Assembly: GCA_036569045.1 (NCBI GenBank)
Contig: DATCRI010000087.1
Location: forward strand, 381 to 64,380
Origin: Chthoniobacterales bacterium
GTDB lineage: Bacteria > Verrucomicrobiota > Verrucomicrobiia > Chthoniobacterales > JAATET01
Direction of reading: 5' to 3'
Length of the DNA stretch: 64,000 nt
The notes beneath the pieces were generated by a model that worked only from the letters and a program-made list of their open reading frames with translations, was not told the origin of the DNA and ran no database searches. Within the stretch, counting starts at the first letter, position 1. Every line of letters begins with the position of its first letter. The position numbers and the translations under genes were made by a program. Below are positions 10,014 to 19,081 of this stretch, in pieces.

Positions 10014-10070
10014 TTCTCGACAGAATTTCCTTGCCCGGCAGGAGAAACCGTGCACTATTTCCGGTTCCTT

Positions 10071-10340
10071 ATGGCAAAAACATCATGGCTTGAGCGCGAC
10101 AAGCGCAAGCGCAAAACCGTCGAGAAATACGCGGAAAAGCGCGCGGAGTTGAAGGCCGCCGGCGACTACATCGGTCTCTCCCAGCTTCCCCGCGACGCCA
10201 GCCCTACCCGGCTCGTCAACCGCTGCAAAATTTCCGGACGTCGGCACGCTTACATCCGTCGCTTTAAAATGTCCCGTCTCACCTTCCGCGAACTCGCGAC
10301 CAACGGTCTCATCCCCGGCGTCACGAAGTCGAGCTGGTAG
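10071..10340 (+). CDS. rpsN: 30S ribosomal protein S14 (long, Cys-less form)
   Basis: ATG at 10071 gives [28 protein letters not shown]...[39 protein letters not shown]. This is full-length S14 lacking the CxxC zinc-ribbon pairs. It stands alone, not in a ribosomal-protein operon. Confidence 0.92.
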   Translation: MAKTSWLERDKRKRKTVEKYAEKRAELKAAGDYIGLSQLPRDASPTRLVNRCKISGRRHAYIRRFKMSRLTFRELATNGLIPGVTKSSW

Positions 10341-10404
10341 GTTTCCGATCGCCAGATCCGCTCCGCTGGGCGTCTCTGGCTTCCATCGGCACGGGAATGC
10401 GCTC

Positions 10405-10650
10405 ATGCCGATTTACGAATACGAACCCGAGGACGGGGACTGCAAACGCTGTGGCGGCCGCTTCGAGCTGCGCCGCCCGGTCGATCGCGAGCCTTTGAAG
10501 GCCTGCCCGCTTTGTAAAAAGCCCGTCCGCAAGGTTGTTTCGCTCGTCAATTCCCCCCGGGTTGCTAAACCCCTGTCGGTCTCCGACGCGAAAAGCGCCG
10601 GATTCCAAGTGCTCAAACGCCGTGACAAGGGAACGTATGAGAAACTCTAG
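10405..10650 (+). CDS. FmdB-family zinc-ribbon protein
   Basis: MPIYEYEPEDGDCKRCGGRFELRR...ACPLCKKPVRKV: the MPxYEY start plus two CxxC pairs is characteristic of the FmdB/CxxC_CxxC_SSSS family. Confidence 0.8.
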   Translation: MPIYEYEPEDGDCKRCGGRFELRRPVDREPLKACPLCKKPVRKVVSLVNSPRVAKPLSVSDAKSAGFQVLKRRDKGTYEKL

Positions 10651-10692
10651 GGCCACAATCCCGGCTGCTCCCGCACCGGATCCGCGCAGGAA

Positions 10693-12105
10693 ATGTTTGG
10701 ACTGACTCCCATACTGGCCTCCGCCTCTGCGGAAAGCGCCGAGATCGCGACCCACTGGGATTCGCCCGATATCATTGTGCTCAAGCTGGGCGCGATCGTC
10801 CTGCTCGTGCTGTTGAATGGCTTTTTCGTTGCCTCCGAGTTCGCGCTCGTGAAGGTGCGGGCCAGTCAGCTCGAAGCCCTCGTCGACCAGGGTGCCCGTG
10901 GCGCCAGGGCCGCCCGCCATGCCGCCCAGCATCTCGACGCCTACCTCTCCGCGACGCAGCTCGGCATCACCCTCGCCAGCCTCGGTCTCGGCTGGCTCGG
11001 CGAGCCCTTCCTCGCCGCGATGCTCGAGCCGTTCTTCCTGAAGCTCGGCCTCTCGTCGCCGACGCTCATCCACACGATCTCGTTCGCCATCGCGTTCTCG
11101 ATCATCACGATCCTTCACATCGTGTTCGGTGAACTCGCTCCGAAGTCCCTGGCCATCCGCAAATCCGCCGGCGTCAGTCTCGCCGTCGCCGCGCCGCTTG
11201 GCCTTTTCTACAGTCTCTTCCGCCCCTTCATCTGGCTGCTCAACGGCTTCGCCAACGAATTTCTCAAACGCGTCCTGAAGGTCGAGCCGGTCGGCGAATC
11301 GGAGCTTTCCCACAGCGAAGAGGAACTCCGCCTCATTCTCGCGGAAAGCGAGAAGGCCGACGAGGTTTCCACCCTCGGCAAGGAGATCCTCATCAACGCT
11401 CTCGACCTCAAGCGCCGCGTCGTGCGCGACATCATGACGCCCCGCGGCGATGTCATTTACCTCGACGTGGGCGAGCCCTTCGACCGCCAGGTCGCCACGG
11501 CCATCGAATCTCGCCATACCCGCTTCCCGCTCTGCCGCGAGCATCTCGACGACGCCATCGGCCTCGTCCACATCAAGGACCTGCTCACCCTCGTCCATTC
11601 CGGCAACCGCGACGTCGAGTCGATCCGTCGCGAACTTCTGCACGTCTCGGAAATGATGCCGCTCGAGAAGCTGCTGCGCTTCTTCCTCACCAAGCACGGC
11701 CACCTCGCCGTCGCCGTGGACGAATACGGCGGCGCCGTCGGCATCGTCACTCTCGACAACGTCATCGAGGAACTCGTCGGCTCGATTCAGGACGAATTCG
11801 ACACCGCCGAGGAAGAATACCGCCACATCAACGAGACGGAATTCGAGGTGGAGGGCACCCACGCGCTTTACGAGCTCGAGGAAAAGCTCGACCACAAATT
11901 CGAGAATACCGACGTCACCACAATCGGCGGCTTCATCACGACCGAGCTTGGTCATCTGCCCGTGAAGGGAGAGACCGCGCGCATCGGCGACTGGCAGGCC
12001 ACCGTCGTGGATGCCGATGCCCGCCGCGTGCTGCGCGTGCACCTGAAAAAGGACCCCGAGCCCGTGCAAACAGACGACGACACCAGCACAAGTGGACAGA
12101 ATTAA
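10693..12105 (+). CDS. CNNM/HlyC-CorC family membrane protein (DUF21 + CBS pair + CorC_HlyC)
   Basis: DUF21 motif [25 protein letters not shown]-pair region ([14 protein letters not shown]...). C-terminal transporter-associated domain ([15 protein letters not shown]...[14 protein letters not shown]). Confidence 0.85.
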   Translation: MFGLTPILASASAESAEIATHWDSPDIIVLKLGAIVLLVLLNGFFVASEFALVKVRASQLEALVDQGARGARAARHAAQHLDAYLSATQLGITLASLGLGWLGEPFLAAMLEPFFLKLGLSSPTLIHTISFAIAFSIITILHIVFGELAPKSLAIRKSAGVSLAVAAPLGLFYSLFRPFIWLLNGFANEFLKRVLKVEPVGESELSHSEEELRLILAESEKADEVSTLGKEILINALDLKRRVVRDIMTPRGDVIYLDVGEPFDRQVATAIESRHTRFPLCREHLDDAIGLVHIKDLLTLVHSGNRDVESIRRELLHVSEMMPLEKLLRFFLTKHGHLAVAVDEYGGAVGIVTLDNVIEELVGSIQDEFDTAEEEYRHINETEFEVEGTHALYELEEKLDHKFENTDVTTIGGFITTELGHLPVKGETARIGDWQATVVDADARRVLRVHLKKDPEPVQTDDDTSTSGQN

Positions 12106-12143
12106 CGGAATTTCAGGAATTTTTCGGAGAGCAATTCCATAGA

Positions 12144-12159
12144 TTCTGTAAATTCTGTC
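12144..12159 (+). promoter_or_regulatory. AT-rich direct-repeat motif TTCTGTAAATTCTGTC upstream of the aminopeptidase gene (possible -10/operator)
   Basis: Seen directly. A 15/16-identical copy (TTCTGTAATTTCTGTC) occurs at 63834-63849 upstream of ychF. It contains TAAATT, which resembles a -10 hexamer. Function not established. Confidence 0.3.
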
Positions 12160-12170
12160 TTATCTTTCCC

Positions 12171-13283
12171 ATGCACGACGTCCGCCACGACAAGCTCGCC
12201 CACGTTCTCACCCGCCACTCCACCGCGCTGCAGCCCGGCGAAAAGGTGCTCATCGACGCCTTCGACATCCCCGACGAATTCGTGATCGCGCTCGTGCGCG
12301 CGGTGCGTTCCGCCAGCGCCATCCCATTCGTGCAGGTGCACCGCGCCCGCATCAGTCGCGAGCTGGCCCTGGCGGCCACCGAAGCGCAATTCGAGCTCGC
12401 GAGCGCCCTCGAGCTGGCGCGCATGAAGAAAATGGACGCCTACATCGCGGTCCGCGGCAGCCACAACATCACCGAGATGTCCGACGTGCCCGACGACCGC
12501 CAGCAGATGATCATGGGCAAGATGCGTCCCGTGCTCGACTGGCGCATCAACAGGACGAAATGGGTGGTCCTGCGCTGGCCGACGCCCGCGATGGCCCAGC
12601 AGGCCCAGAAGAGCACCGAGGCGTTCGAGGAATTTTACTTCAAAGTCTGCACGCTCGACTACGGCCGCATGGCGCCCGGCATGAAAGCCCTCAAGGCGCT
12701 CATGGACAAAACCGACCGCGTGCACCTCAAGGGACCCGGCACCGATCTGCGATTCAGCATCAAGGGCATCGGCGCGGTCTCCTGCGGCGGCGATCGCAAC
12801 ATTCCCGATGGCGAGGTCTTCACCGCACCGGTTCGCGACAGCGTCGAAGGCGAGATCACCTTCAATGCGCCGACGATTTACCAGGGCATCGCCTTCGAAA
12901 ACATCCGCCTTGCCTTCGCCAGGGGCAAGGTGGTGGACGCGACCGGCAGCAACACCGAGGCGCTCATCCGCATCCTCGACAGCGACGCCGGCGCGCGTTT
13001 CATCGGCGAATTCGCGATCGGCTTCAATCCTCACATCCTCCATCCGATGCGCGATATTCTCTTCGACGAGAAGATCGCCGGCTCCTTCCACTTCACGCCG
13101 GGCCAGGCCTATTCGGTCGGCGGCAACGGCAACAAGAGCCGCATCCACTGGGACATGGTGAACATCCAGCGCCCCGACTACGGCGGCGGCGAGATCTGGT
13201 TCGACGGCAAGCTCATCCGCAAGGACGGCCTGTTTGTCGTCCCGTCGCTGAAGAAGCTGAATCCCGACTACCTCGCGGCGTAG
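12171..13283 (+). CDS. aminopeptidase, M29 (AmpS/PepS/aminopeptidase T) family
   Basis: 370-aa ORF. The N-terminus [26 protein letters not shown] and motifs [11 protein letters not shown] and GEFAIGFNP...[13 protein letters not shown] fit M29 thermophilic metalloaminopeptidases. Confidence 0.8.
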   Translation: MHDVRHDKLAHVLTRHSTALQPGEKVLIDAFDIPDEFVIALVRAVRSASAIPFVQVHRARISRELALAATEAQFELASALELARMKKMDAYIAVRGSHNITEMSDVPDDRQQMIMGKMRPVLDWRINRTKWVVLRWPTPAMAQQAQKSTEAFEEFYFKVCTLDYGRMAPGMKALKALMDKTDRVHLKGPGTDLRFSIKGIGAVSCGGDRNIPDGEVFTAPVRDSVEGEITFNAPTIYQGIAFENIRLAFARGKVVDATGSNTEALIRILDSDAGARFIGEFAIGFNPHILHPMRDILFDEKIAGSFHFTPGQAYSVGGNGNKSRIHWDMVNIQRPDYGGGEIWFDGKLIRKDGLFVVPSLKKLNPDYLAA

Positions 13284-13323
13284 GCGGCGGCTGCCGCCCC
13301 TGATTCCGATGGGAGGATGGCGG

Positions 13324-14118
13324 TTACAGCCGTCCCTCCTGCCGGGCCTGCCGCACGGAGTGAAGCAGCGCAAAGACGATGCCCGCGACGTCGTTCGTCT
13401 GCTCGGCCGGAGTGCGGGCCGCGGACAGGCCGATGATGACCTCCGACGGCTGGCGATTCACTCCGGGCACGGGCGTAAAACTGCGACGATAGACCGGCGC
13501 GGAAGGGTTGGTCTTCCAGCGAAAATGCGGCGTGTCGGCTGCATATTTTTCGAGAGCCTCGCTGAGCACCCGCTTGTGACTTTCCTCCACGAGCCACGCC
13601 TCGGCGTCGGTCTCGACCGCGCGGGGATTCTCCCGCAGGAAAATCACGATGTCGTAGGGATAGCGGAGCAATTCCTTCTCGATCACCTGAACGTGAGGGG
13701 ACGGAGACTCCTCCCAGCAGCTCGCGCCGGCGGCAAACTGATCGTCGGTGAGGTAGGTCTTCGCGCGATGCGCCTCGAGGTTCGCCACCGGAAATGCCGT
13801 GACTTCGAGACCCGCCGCGAGGCTCGCGCGCTTCTCCATCGTCGCGATCAATCGGGCGATCGCGTAGGGACTGCGCACCTCGTTGCCAAACCATCCTCCA
13901 ACGATCAGCGCCCTCACGGGCGGGTGCTCCGCGTAGGAACCGCACACGTGAAAATAGGGAATCGCATCCTGTCGTTGACGCGACGCGGTCGGGGCGTAGC
14001 CGACGATCAGCGAGGCGGAATCCTGCGCGAGATCCGCCAGCGGGGCAATCAGCCCGTCGATGTCCGTCTGCCCAGCTTCGAAGCGGTTGGCGATGAGAAG
14101 GTCAGTGGTGTTGTGCAT
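13324..14118 (-). CDS. succinylglutamate desuccinylase/aspartoacylase (M14-like) family homologue with altered metal motif
   Basis: The segment ALIVGGWFGNEVRSPYAI aligns by eye to the GGxHGNE zinc motif of the AstE/AspA family, but Phe replaces the His ligand. The rest has no recognised motifs. Confidence 0.4.
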   Translation of the reverse strand: MHNTTDLLIANRFEAGQTDIDGLIAPLADLAQDSASLIVGYAPTASRQRQDAIPYFHVCGSYAEHPPVRALIVGGWFGNEVRSPYAIARLIATMEKRASLAAGLEVTAFPVANLEAHRAKTYLTDDQFAAGASCWEESPSPHVQVIEKELLRYPYDIVIFLRENPRAVETDAEAWLVEESHKRVLSEALEKYAADTPHFRWKTNPSAPVYRRSFTPVPGVNRQPSEVIIGLSAARTPAEQTNDVAGIVFALLHSVRQARQEGRL

Positions 14119-14234
14119 GTGGCCTCGGGGTTGGGGTATGCTGAACGCTTAAACGACGAGCCGCTCAGTGCAAGACGTAGTTGCCTTTGGGGGAAATTTC
14201 ACGTCTCTCGGGACCTCCGGCTCATATTTTTGCG

Positions 14235-15278
14235 CTATTTGAGCTCGCGGAACTTTCCGCCGCCCCCCTGCGTGGCGATGACGCGGCGCATGTCGCGCTC
14301 GTTTTCGGGCCGCATGCCTACGCCGATGAAGTTGATCTTCACCGCCTCGGGCATGCCTTTTTGAAGATCCTTCAACGCGGCGTTCAACTCGGGAAAGGGA
14401 ATCCGCGCATTCTCCGTGCCGGTGCCGCGCTCGAAGCTGGCGTCCGAGATCACGAAAATCACGTCGGGCTGCATCTTGAAAGCCGCGCGCATCACTTCGA
14501 TGAAGCCGGGTGAACCGCGCACCATGTTCGGCGTGGACAGCTTCATCGAGCCATCGTTGCCGGCAAACCATTCGTCGAGCCACGCATTCGCCTTCGCGCG
14601 ATTGTCGTCCGTCGCCGGCAGCATCTCCGTCTCGAAGAAGGCGTAGTTGCGGGCAAACTGCCCGAGACCGAAGCGCGTATTGATGCCGAGCGCGGCGAGC
14701 AACTTCTTTGTTTCCTCGCGAATCTTGTCCATCGGATACCCGGCGCGCTGCGTGGCGGTGACCACGGACGCGGCGATGTCGTAAATGATCAGCACGCGCT
14801 TCGCGGTCGTCTGGATCCCAAGGAAGGTGAACCCGGTGCCCGTGCCGCCGCCTCCGGCGCCTCCCTGGCCGGTTCCCGCCCCGGCGCCGGCCGCGCCGAT
14901 CATGCTCGAAACCTGGTCGGAAACGATCGCGCTCGGATCGAGCGGCAGCATCTGGTCCATCGGCACCTTGGGCAGCTCGGGCAGCGAAAACGCCGTGGGC
15001 TTGAGCGCCTGGAGCTTGTCGTTGAAGCTCGGCTTCGGCGCGAGCGAGTCGAACTCCGCCATGTTCATCTTGTGCTCACGCTCCTTGGCGGGCATGCGCA
15101 GTTCCTTCGGTGCAACGAACGTGGCCTTCGGCTGCAGAAAATAGCGGGCGACAACGAGCGCGCCGGCCACGAGACCGGCCACGATGTGCAGGAGCACGAC
15201 GCCGATCACGACCATCCAGATGAGTTTCCGGAGGCGGGCTTTGCGGTCGGCAGGTTGGAGCTGGGAGCCGGTGGTCAT
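14235..15278 (-). CDS. membrane-anchored protein with Gly-rich linker and VWA-like alpha/beta domain (function unknown)
   Basis: Track ORF 14235-15410. ATG at 15278 gives MTTGSQLQPADRKARLRKLIWMVVIGVVLLHIVAGLVAGALVV (TM). Then the linker GAAGAGAGTGQGGAGGGGTGTG. Then RVLIIYDIAASV...DVIFVISDASF, which resembles a VWA fold with an incomplete MIDAS motif. Confidence 0.5.
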   Translation of the reverse strand: MTTGSQLQPADRKARLRKLIWMVVIGVVLLHIVAGLVAGALVVARYFLQPKATFVAPKELRMPAKEREHKMNMAEFDSLAPKPSFNDKLQALKPTAFSLPELPKVPMDQMLPLDPSAIVSDQVSSMIGAAGAGAGTGQGGAGGGGTGTGFTFLGIQTTAKRVLIIYDIAASVVTATQRAGYPMDKIREETKKLLAALGINTRFGLGQFARNYAFFETEMLPATDDNRAKANAWLDEWFAGNDGSMKLSTPNMVRGSPGFIEVMRAAFKMQPDVIFVISDASFERGTGTENARIPFPELNAALKDLQKGMPEAVKINFIGVGMRPENERDMRRVIATQGGGGKFRELK

Positions 15279-15282
15279 GGCG

Positions 15283-16230
15283 TCAAGGGGTCGCGGTGGT
15301 GGCCGGTTTCGGCGATTCGACCGGATTCCGGGCGAGGTATTCCTTCGCGAGGGTCGCAAACCTCGTGGTGGGATAAAGCGTGACCAGATCGCGGGCCGAC
15401 TCGGCCGCATTTTTCTTGTCTCCGCCGAACTGATAGATTTTTACCGCGCCCCAGAGACCGCGGGAGGCCGCTTCGGTCTCCGAGCCGAGAAACAGGTAGG
15501 GATGCAGGTAGAGATCGAGCGACTCGTTGTAGAGTCGATCATATTCGGGCCGCACCAGCACGTCCTCCTGCCAGCGAGGATTATCCTCCACGAGCTTGCG
15601 GAGACTGGCAGCAGCCGCCTCGGCGAGCAGGAATTTCGCCTCGATGAGCACCGTCGGGTCGTCGGAATTCCTGGCGAGCTCGCCGGCTTCGACCACGGCC
15701 TGCGCGGCGTTTCCGCTCGCCACCATGGCGCGCAGGCGGCCCTGCTTCGCCGTCTGCCGATCCGCCGGATTCCACGCTTCCTTTTCGATGCGATTGAAGA
15801 CCTGAAGCGCCTCGGCCGCGCGCTTCGGATCGTTCGAAACGACGAGGGCGACTCCGTAGGCATTGCCCAGCGCGGCAGCCGGCGACTTCGGCACGCCAAG
15901 GAAGGCCTGCCAGCGCAGCCACTCGACGTTCAGCGCCGTCAGGTTGGCGGAAATGGGATTGGCGATCAGCTTGTCGCGATTCTCGTTCGGCGCGAACTCC
16001 ACGCGACTCACCCGGGCCCGGGGCACGTTCACGGTGGCCTTCGCTCCTGCAGCTCCGCCGACAGCCAGCGGAACCTCCACCTTGAACGAAGTCGCGTCGA
16101 TTCCGACCACCCGGCCGACCCGGCGCGAATTGGCGGCATCGTTCATGAACAAGGTGTCGACCACCTCGGCCTGCGCGGACAGGCCGCCGCAGATCGCGAG
16201 ACACACGACGCCAAGGCGCAGTGCGTTCAT
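15283..16230 (-). CDS. secreted helical-repeat protein (function unknown)
   Basis: Track ORF 15283-16827. ATG at 16230 gives the signal peptide MNALRLGVVCLAICGGLSAQA. Its start overlaps the stop of the upstream TPR gene (ATGA at 16227-16230). The C-terminal half is helical and TPR-like. Confidence 0.55.
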   Translation of the reverse strand: MNALRLGVVCLAICGGLSAQAEVVDTLFMNDAANSRRVGRVVGIDATSFKVEVPLAVGGAAGAKATVNVPRARVSRVEFAPNENRDKLIANPISANLTALNVEWLRWQAFLGVPKSPAAALGNAYGVALVVSNDPKRAAEALQVFNRIEKEAWNPADRQTAKQGRLRAMVASGNAAQAVVEAGELARNSDDPTVLIEAKFLLAEAAAASLRKLVEDNPRWQEDVLVRPEYDRLYNESLDLYLHPYLFLGSETEAASRGLWGAVKIYQFGGDKKNAAESARDLVTLYPTTRFATLAKEYLARNPVESPKPATTATP

Positions 16231-19007
16231 GATTGCGTCGGCCCTCCCAAAGCCTGGAGGCGCTTCTTCGCCTCGGTCGATTCCGGCATTCCCTGAAGGT
16301 CCTCGATCTTCGTCATTTCCTCGTAGGTCTTTCGCGCGGCGGTCTTGTCGTCGAGTTCCTCGAAGGCCTCGCCACTGCTGAGATAGGCCTTGGCGACCCA
16401 GTCGTGCCAGCGGCCGTGCATGATGTAGATGCGTTGGAAATACGGCACGGCCAGCGCGTATTTCTTCTCCTTCATATAGAGGTCGCCGATACGGTAGAGC
16501 GCCTCGGCCTTCTCCGGTCCGCGCGACGCGTTGTTCGCGAGCAGGGCCTCGAGCGCCTTGCGCGCGCCCTCGGAATTTCCGTCCTCGGCGAGCAGCTGCG
16601 ACTTCTCGATCATCACCTTGCCGAACAGCATCGAGCCGAGCGTCTCCTTCTCGAAACGATCGAAATACGCGACGGCGGCGGCCCGATTCCCCCGTTTGGC
16701 TTCGATCATCCCTAGCGCGGCAAAGGCATCGTCCTTCTGCGGGGCGCGCGGATTCCATTTCACCAGATCGCGCCACATGCGCTCGGCGTCGTCGGCGCGG
16801 CCGGCCTGTTCCAGAGCGACGGAGCAATCGGCCATGATGAGCGGGTTCGTCGTCGAGGGATTCACGCGCGTGGCCGCGTCGAGCAGGAGATTGCGGGAGC
16901 GATCGGGATCCTTCTTCCGATAGACAAGCGCCTCGGCCCAGAGCGCGCGCATTGCGAGAATCGTCTTCTTGTCGGTGTCGGCCCCCGCGTGCAGCTCACG
17001 CAGACGCGCAAGGTAACTCGCGGAGTCGTCGCCGGACGCGTAGAGTTTTTGCAGCGCGGGGAAGAGATCCTCCACCGATCGGATGGTTGCGTCGTTGCCG
17101 TATCGATTGATCGCCTGCCAATACGCCTCGCGCGCCCTGGAGGGATCGCCCTCCTGCAGATATGTCCATCCGATCCAGTAGATTGCCTCGGCCACGCGCG
17201 GGCTGCGAGGATGCTCCTTTACGAACTGCTCGAAATGCGGGCGCAATTTCTTCGGCTCCTCGAGCAGCCGGTAGGCCTTGCCGATCTTGAACCAGCCCTC
17301 TTCGAAGAATTTCGAGTCGTTGGAAGGGATCTGCTTCAACGCCGCGATGCCCTCCTCGATGTCGCCCTGCTCCATCAGGGCATCGCCGAGCAGCACGAGC
17401 GCCTCGGAGTTCGACTCGTGGCCGGGATACGCCTTCAAATAGGCCCGCAGCTCGCGAATGGCGGTGGCGGTGGCGTGCATCGACTGGGCAGCGTAGGCCT
17501 TCTGGAAAGTCGCCGCGCCGCGGAAGGCGCCGTCCTTGTATTGGCCGAGGTATTCATCCATCACCTCTCGCGTTTGCGGGAATTGCTTGTCGAAAGAGAA
17601 TCCCATGCCGCGCCAGTAGGCGGCCGACTCCGCGAGATCGCTCTTCGGATCCGTCTTCGCGAATTCCTCGAAGGTCGCGATGGCGGGCTTGTTCTGGTCG
17701 GAGAGCAGCTGGCTGAAGCCCTTCATGAACAGCGCCCGCGCGGCGAAGTCGGACTGCGGGAACTGCCGGCGAATCCCCTCGAACGTCGCAATGGCCGCCG
17801 GCTGGTCGTTCATCCGCTGCTGCGCGATCCCTTCCAGATACAGCGCCATCGGGAGCTGCTTCGACTCCGGAAATTTCTTCGCGAAGGTCTGCGCGGCCTC
17901 GACCGCCTTCGGCCAGCGCTCGATCGCAGACCAACACTGAATCAGGTTCAGCGACGCGGACTCGACGACGGCATCCGGCGGCATCGTGACCAGCATGTCC
18001 TCCATGATGAGCGCCGCCTCGCGGTAGCGCTCCATCGCGAGGTAGGCGGTGGCGAGGCGCAGACGCAGGGCCGAGTCGAAGTTCGCAATCTTTTCGATGT
18101 TCGCGACCTCGCGCTTGACCTTGGCGATCATCTGCCTGAGGCGGAACGTGCGATACGGGTCACTCTTCGGCTGGGCCTCGGCAGCGGCGACGGCGTCCTC
18201 GAGTTCCCCCAGGCGCTGGGCCTGGTATTTCAGCAGGCGATCGCGATTCCACACGCGCTGGAGCGCGGTGATGGCCTTGCGATTCTCTCCCTTGTCGAGG
18301 AACTCGGAGCCGAGCTGCAATGCCAGCGTCTGGAAGGTCGCGATCTGCAGCATCTGGTTCAACCGGGGGAATTCCTCGACGACCAGCGCGAGCGCGTCGT
18401 CGAATTTTTCCTCCTGCATCAGCGCATAGAGCTCGAGCACCGTCGCGCGCCCGCGATCGACGGGATCCACCAGCGGCCGGATCGCGGCGAACTGCTTCGC
18501 CGCTTCGGCCCACTTCTCCTCGAGCACCCACGTCGTGCCGTAGAGCAGCATCGCTTCGGCAGCCTGCTTCGAGCGCGGAAACTCCTTCACGAACGTGTCG
18601 AAGGACTTCCGCGCAGCCGCGTATTCCTGGTCCTGCATCTCGCAGACGCCCTTGTAAAAAACGAGGTCCTCCCGCTGCTCGGCAATCGGTGGCGGGGTGG
18701 CGGCCAGCGTGGCCTGAATCACCTCGAGCGCGGCCGGAAATTTCTGCGTATGCAGGAGGCTCATGGCGTAGGGGTAACGCAGGTTCGCCATCGCCTTCTG
18801 CCCGGCCTCGGTCTTGCTGAAATCCTGCTCGAAGCGCTGGAAGCCCACCACGGCTTCCGCGAATTTGCCGGCGTTGTAGGCGTTGATCGCCGCGAGATAG
18901 CGCTCCTCGGCCGTCATGTCGCCGGCCCCCGGGGCCGCCCAGGCGGCGGTCGCCATCCAGGCGGCCGCCAGCGTGCCGCCGACCCGAATCCAGAAACCGG
19001 CTCTCAT
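16227..19007 (-). CDS. large secreted tetratricopeptide-repeat protein (about 926 aa)
   Basis: Track ORF 16227-19208. ATG at 19007 gives the signal-like MRAGFWIRVGGTLAAAWMATAAWAAPG. Throughout there are 34-residue TPR-like repeats with the recurring pattern A..Y..G......G....A...F..F...P.S, resembling YbgF/CpoB-type repeats. Confidence 0.75.
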   Translation of the reverse strand: MRAGFWIRVGGTLAAAWMATAAWAAPGAGDMTAEERYLAAINAYNAGKFAEAVVGFQRFEQDFSKTEAGQKAMANLRYPYAMSLLHTQKFPAALEVIQATLAATPPPIAEQREDLVFYKGVCEMQDQEYAAARKSFDTFVKEFPRSKQAAEAMLLYGTTWVLEEKWAEAAKQFAAIRPLVDPVDRGRATVLELYALMQEEKFDDALALVVEEFPRLNQMLQIATFQTLALQLGSEFLDKGENRKAITALQRVWNRDRLLKYQAQRLGELEDAVAAAEAQPKSDPYRTFRLRQMIAKVKREVANIEKIANFDSALRLRLATAYLAMERYREAALIMEDMLVTMPPDAVVESASLNLIQCWSAIERWPKAVEAAQTFAKKFPESKQLPMALYLEGIAQQRMNDQPAAIATFEGIRRQFPQSDFAARALFMKGFSQLLSDQNKPAIATFEEFAKTDPKSDLAESAAYWRGMGFSFDKQFPQTREVMDEYLGQYKDGAFRGAATFQKAYAAQSMHATATAIRELRAYLKAYPGHESNSEALVLLGDALMEQGDIEEGIAALKQIPSNDSKFFEEGWFKIGKAYRLLEEPKKLRPHFEQFVKEHPRSPRVAEAIYWIGWTYLQEGDPSRAREAYWQAINRYGNDATIRSVEDLFPALQKLYASGDDSASYLARLRELHAGADTDKKTILAMRALWAEALVYRKKDPDRSRNLLLDAATRVNPSTTNPLIMADCSVALEQAGRADDAERMWRDLVKWNPRAPQKDDAFAALGMIEAKRGNRAAAVAYFDRFEKETLGSMLFGKVMIEKSQLLAEDGNSEGARKALEALLANNASRGPEKAEALYRIGDLYMKEKKYALAVPYFQRIYIMHGRWHDWVAKAYLSSGEAFEELDDKTAARKTYEEMTKIEDLQGMPESTEAKKRLQALGGPTQS

Positions 19008-19081
19008 CTTCCGCTCCGTGCTACCTCTTTCGCGCGCAAAACACCGGTGACAATTTTGCCACAGCCCGCATCTTGGAAGGG

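Noticed and set aside
7746-10055. 769-aa minus-strand ORF spanning miaB, agmatine deiminase and the membrane-protein gene.
   Set aside because: It overlaps the real miaB gene out of frame and runs antisense to the real plus-strand genes. Arg/Gly/Asp-rich composition, no motifs. A GC-rich antisense artefact.
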